Below are positions 61,337 through 64,000 of a stretch of 64,000 bases of DNA, in pieces; the first letter of the stretch is position 1, and each line of letters begins with the position of its first letter. The translations under genes and the position numbers were made by a program. The notes below the pieces were generated by a model. That model was given only the letters and a program-made list of their open reading frames with translations, did no database searches and had not been told where the DNA came from. Source of the stretch: Erysipelotrichia bacterium (GTDB lineage: Bacteria; Bacillota_I; Bacilli_A; RFN20; CAG-826). The stretch is from the NCBI GenBank assembly GCA_012522695.1, contig JAAYJX010000107.1, forward strand, positions 22,408 through 86,407. Direction: 5' to 3'.

Positions 61337-62227
61337 TTATAAGTTTACGGGTAATCCGTAAAGTTGTAATTCGATGTCGAATAATCCGCCAATGGCGTCA
61401 TTATCACAATGAACATCTTCACCTTCGAGCCATGCACGGAAGGTAACATCAACTGAAGCTCCTTTTGCCACACTAGCAATTGCAGTTGTAGCACCATCAG
61501 CAGTAGTCACATCAGTGTATTCAACAAACGCATTGTAATAAGGTCCGGCGTGGACAGCGGTTGTATACCCGTCTACACTATAAAGGTCTTCACCAGCGTC
61601 TTCGACAATGTGCTTATGTCCACCAGCTTCTGCTTCAGGTGAATAAATTAAGACGACAGCATCAGCTGCGCTAATAACAGCTAAGCGTGCAGCTTTAACA
61701 GCGGCAGCATTTTTAGCTTCTTGAGCTAATTCTTCTGGTGTTGCAGTACCCCCAGCGTATTCAACTTCTTTAGCAATAATTTTTGTGTCTGGACCAAGAT
61801 ATACTTTCATATCATCATCACCAATATCGTCAAGACTAATCGTGATCGTAAAGTCAACGTAATAACCATCAGCGCTTGTTGCACCCACGGTTGGAATTTC
61901 ATTAGCGACACGAGCAGATGGTTTGTCAAGTAGTGAATTCCAAACAGGTTTGTAAAAAACAAGACCATCACTTGAGACGTCTGTAATATCATTAATGCCA
62001 TCTAAAATGATTTCGTTGGCACTGCCAGTATCAGTCATACCAGAGTTTAATGAAGATTTAAAAGCAATATCTAAATTACCTTCTTTAGTAACGACTTTCG
62101 CGCTGGAATAATGTAGGGAAGCTGTTCGCGCAGTATAAAACCAAGCAAACGTTGAACTAATAGCAGCAATTCCGCTTAAAAAAGCTAAGCCAATTGTTGC
62201 TAATAAAATTTTGTTTTTCTTATTCAT
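61337..62227 (-). CDS. Secreted protein with SipW-type signal peptide (paralog)
   Basis: MNKKNK...STFAWF; TDVSSDG, FYKPVW, ADGYYVDFT, FRAWLEGED. Confidence 0.8.
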   Translation of the reverse strand: MNKKNKILLATIGLAFLSGIAAISSTFAWFYTARTASLHYSSAKVVTKEGNLDIAFKSSLNSGMTDTGSANEIILDGINDITDVSSDGLVFYKPVWNSLLDKPSARVANEIPTVGATSADGYYVDFTITISLDDIGDDDMKVYLGPDTKIIAKEVEYAGGTATPEELAQEAKNAAAVKAARLAVISAADAVVLIYSPEAEAGGHKHIVEDAGEDLYSVDGYTTAVHAGPYYNAFVEYTDVTTADGATTAIASVAKGASVDVTFRAWLEGEDVHCDNDAIGGLFDIELQLYGLPVNL

Positions 62228-62368
62228 GTAGAAAATCCTCCAATAGATTTCTCCTTTGTTGTTAAGGAGTTGTGAGGTCCAAATTGTTAATGGGACAATG
62301 GCCTCAAAGCGGGCAATTCGCTTCTAGTATCCATCAACGAGGGAGGTCAAATAAATACTAGCACCATT

Positions 62369-62398
62369 ATTATAGTATGTTTTGTAACTAAAATGCAA
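62369..62398 (-). promoter_or_regulatory. SigA-like promoter for the 62227/61300 gene pair
   Basis: TTGCAT (62393-62398), 18 nt spacer, TATAAT (62369-62374), just upstream of a structured leader. Confidence 0.5.
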
Positions 62399-62688
62399 GT
62401 ATTATGTTGTTACGAAGTAACAAGAAATTAAATTTTTAACATTTTTAAAAGTTTTTTGAAAAAAATTCGCTTTATTTTTATAAATTTAGATTTTTTAAGT
62501 GAATAAGTGACTTTGAAAAATGTGTGATTTTTTTAGTTTTTGTTTCTTTTTAAAAAACCATTATTTTTGTCGTAAAAAATATTTTTTTGCCTTGTGATGT
62601 TTTTTATAATAAAAATTGAGTTTTTTTGAGACTATTTTAGCCTTTTTGAAAAAACTAAATTTTAAAAATTATAAAAGCTGTTTTGGAT

Positions 62689-62736
62689 AAAAAAACTAGG
62701 GCTTTTTATAAGTAAATTGTTTGCCCTAGTTATTTT
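62689..62736 (-). terminator. Terminator after fibre-like paralog (copy 2)
   Basis: Same AAAAAAACTAGGG...GCCCTAGTTATTTT arms as at 60326-60376. Confidence 0.7.
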
Positions 62737-62755
62737 GTTAGTTTATAAGAATTAA

Positions 62756-63829
62756 TTAAATGACTGACAATGCATACATTCTTAGGTCAATACTAAAGAC
62801 ACCACCAATTGCGGCGTTAACTGCATCATCGTCTTCGCCTTCAACCCAAAAGCGGAAAGTAATATGAGCAGTTGGATCAGCTTCAGTAAGTGTAAGAAGG
62901 GGTTTATAATTTGCGTCTTCAGCTTCGACAACAGTTGAAAAATATTTAAACTCAGAACCTTTTTCATTTATTGTCGGTGTTGAAGGGTCATCTTGAATAC
63001 CTTCAACAGCATTAATCACATCTTCAGGATCAGCGGCATCACCTAAAATTGATGTATTAGAATAACCTAAAATAGTATAAGTAGTTCCACCACTGTCTTC
63101 ACTTAAATAATTATAAAGAGGCTCCGCGTGTGGCGCGTAATAGAAAATAGGCTTTAAGGGGCTTATATCGTCTATTACGGGATTATCAGGGTCAGTAATG
63201 TCATAAGTAACATCTGTTTCAATTACGGCCATTCTTACGGCTTCAACGACTTTATTATTTCGATCTTGTTGTTCAATTTGAGCATTACTTGGATTTTGAT
63301 TTTCGCCTATAACATCAATTGGCGAAATAAGTGTCCCACGATCAAAATAAATATTTAAATCATTTGGCGAATAAAGGTTAACACCACGAGCTATTTCTAA
63401 AGTAAAATCAATTAAATATCCATCAGCAGATTTAGTAAGATTGCCTTTATTATCTTTGTAAGATAAATCTATTTCATTAATATAGTCAGCTATACTTGCA
63501 TCGCCTGGATCATAAGCACTCCAAACAGGTTTGTAAAAATTAATGCCATCGCCTGAAATATCAGTAACTTTGTTAAGACCAGAAAGGACAACATTATTAG
63601 AACTTTTTCCTTCATTAACAGAAAGATTTGTTGTTGCGGTCACTGAATTAAGTGATGATATATATTTAACACTTAGGTCGTTATTTTTTGTTTCAACAGT
63701 TGCGCTTGTAAAAGAAATTATCGCACTACGAACGGTAGTAAACCAAGCAAAGGTTGAACCAGTCGCCGCCGCACCACTTAAAACAACAAGGCCAATTGTT
63801 GTTAGTAATAATTTATTTTTCTTATTCAT
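62756..63829 (-). CDS. Secreted protein with SipW-type signal peptide (paralog with acidic insertions)
   Basis: MNKKNK...STFAWFTTVRSA; NKVTDISGDG, FYKPVW, FRFWVEGED. Confidence 0.8.
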   Translation of the reverse strand: MNKKNKLLLTTIGLVVLSGAAATGSTFAWFTTVRSAIISFTSATVETKNNDLSVKYISSLNSVTATTNLSVNEGKSSNNVVLSGLNKVTDISGDGINFYKPVWSAYDPGDASIADYINEIDLSYKDNKGNLTKSADGYLIDFTLEIARGVNLYSPNDLNIYFDRGTLISPIDVIGENQNPSNAQIEQQDRNNKVVEAVRMAVIETDVTYDITDPDNPVIDDISPLKPIFYYAPHAEPLYNYLSEDSGGTTYTILGYSNTSILGDAADPEDVINAVEGIQDDPSTPTINEKGSEFKYFSTVVEAEDANYKPLLTLTEADPTAHITFRFWVEGEDDDAVNAAIGGVFSIDLRMYALSVI

Positions 63830-63852
63830 TTTTTTATTTCTCCATAAGCTTT

Positions 63853-64000
63853 TTATTGATCGTAATGTTTACGAATTTCGATTGTTTCAATTGTAAAAGT
63901 CAGACCTTGATAAACATTAGAGTTACCTAATGTTGATTTTTCATAAAAAACATCACCATTATCTTTTGAGGCAAATTTATAAAAAGTTGAGGGGTCGCCA
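63853..64000 (-). CDS. 3' end of an upstream gene (partial), possibly another secreted subunit
   Basis: Open frame from the window edge: GDPSTFYKF...LGNSNVYQGLTFTIETIEIRKHYDQ*, stop at 63853-63855. Confidence 0.6.
   Translation of the reverse strand, partial: GDPSTFYKFASKDNGDVFYEKSTLGNSNVYQGLTFTIETIEIRKHYDQ

Noticed and set aside
62228-62365. Second c-di-GMP riboswitch
   Set aside because: Lacks the GEMM-I (GGCAAA/GACGCAAA) and class II (GGGCACTT/AGTGCAACC) signatures; kept as an unknown structured leader.
62400-62690. Replication origin in the AT-rich spacer
   Set aside because: No cluster of DnaA boxes and no dnaA/dnaN nearby.
1439-63896. Short ORFs nested in or antisense to long genes (e.g. 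5598, 8826, 12122, 21692, 23196, 34670, 38131, 54542, 58212, 63543)
   Set aside because: Shadows of well-supported genes, with no motifs or RBS.
1-64000. CRISPR array, IS/transposase, integrase, prophage, tRNA or rRNA genes
   Set aside because: No regularly spaced repeats or recognisable motifs seen by eye.

Overview
AT-rich chromosomal segment from a reduced-genome Bacilli lineage (inferred; standard code, TGA is a stop), with almost all genes on the minus strand. Bases 1-49.5 kb are mostly housekeeping: cysQ, nrnA, fba, rpoE, argS, ispF, ychF, an ABC exporter, miaA/miaB, rny, recA, pgsA, RNase P RNA, gpsB, recU, nth, dnaD, cca, hup, gpsA, der, cmk, FMN riboswitch-ribU, a complete Na+-type V/A-ATPase operon, soj-rsmG-mnmG, sufCDSUB, two large parvulin-like lipoproteins and hit. 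The most unusual part is 49.6-64 kb. It holds a tandem array of paralogous secreted proteins with SipW-type (TFAWF) signal peptides, resembling TasA/camelysin fibre subunits, and a small protein resembling SipW without its catalytic domain. Next comes a c-di-GMP-I riboswitch leading a tightly coupled operon: membrane-anchored paralog of the fibre subunits, membrane-anchored McrB-like AAA+ NTPase, DUF2357 (McrC-like) protein with no recognisable nuclease, SipW peptidase, EAL phosphodiesterase and degenerate MTA/SAH nucleosidase. A second PAS-EAL phosphodiesterase follows. I interpret this as a candidate c-di-GMP-controlled surface-fibre system using a repurposed McrBC motor; the function is inference. 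Other oddities are an HD-to-LD change in RNase Y and structured leaders upstream of rny and of one fibre gene. All calls come from motif recognition by eye; no searches were run.
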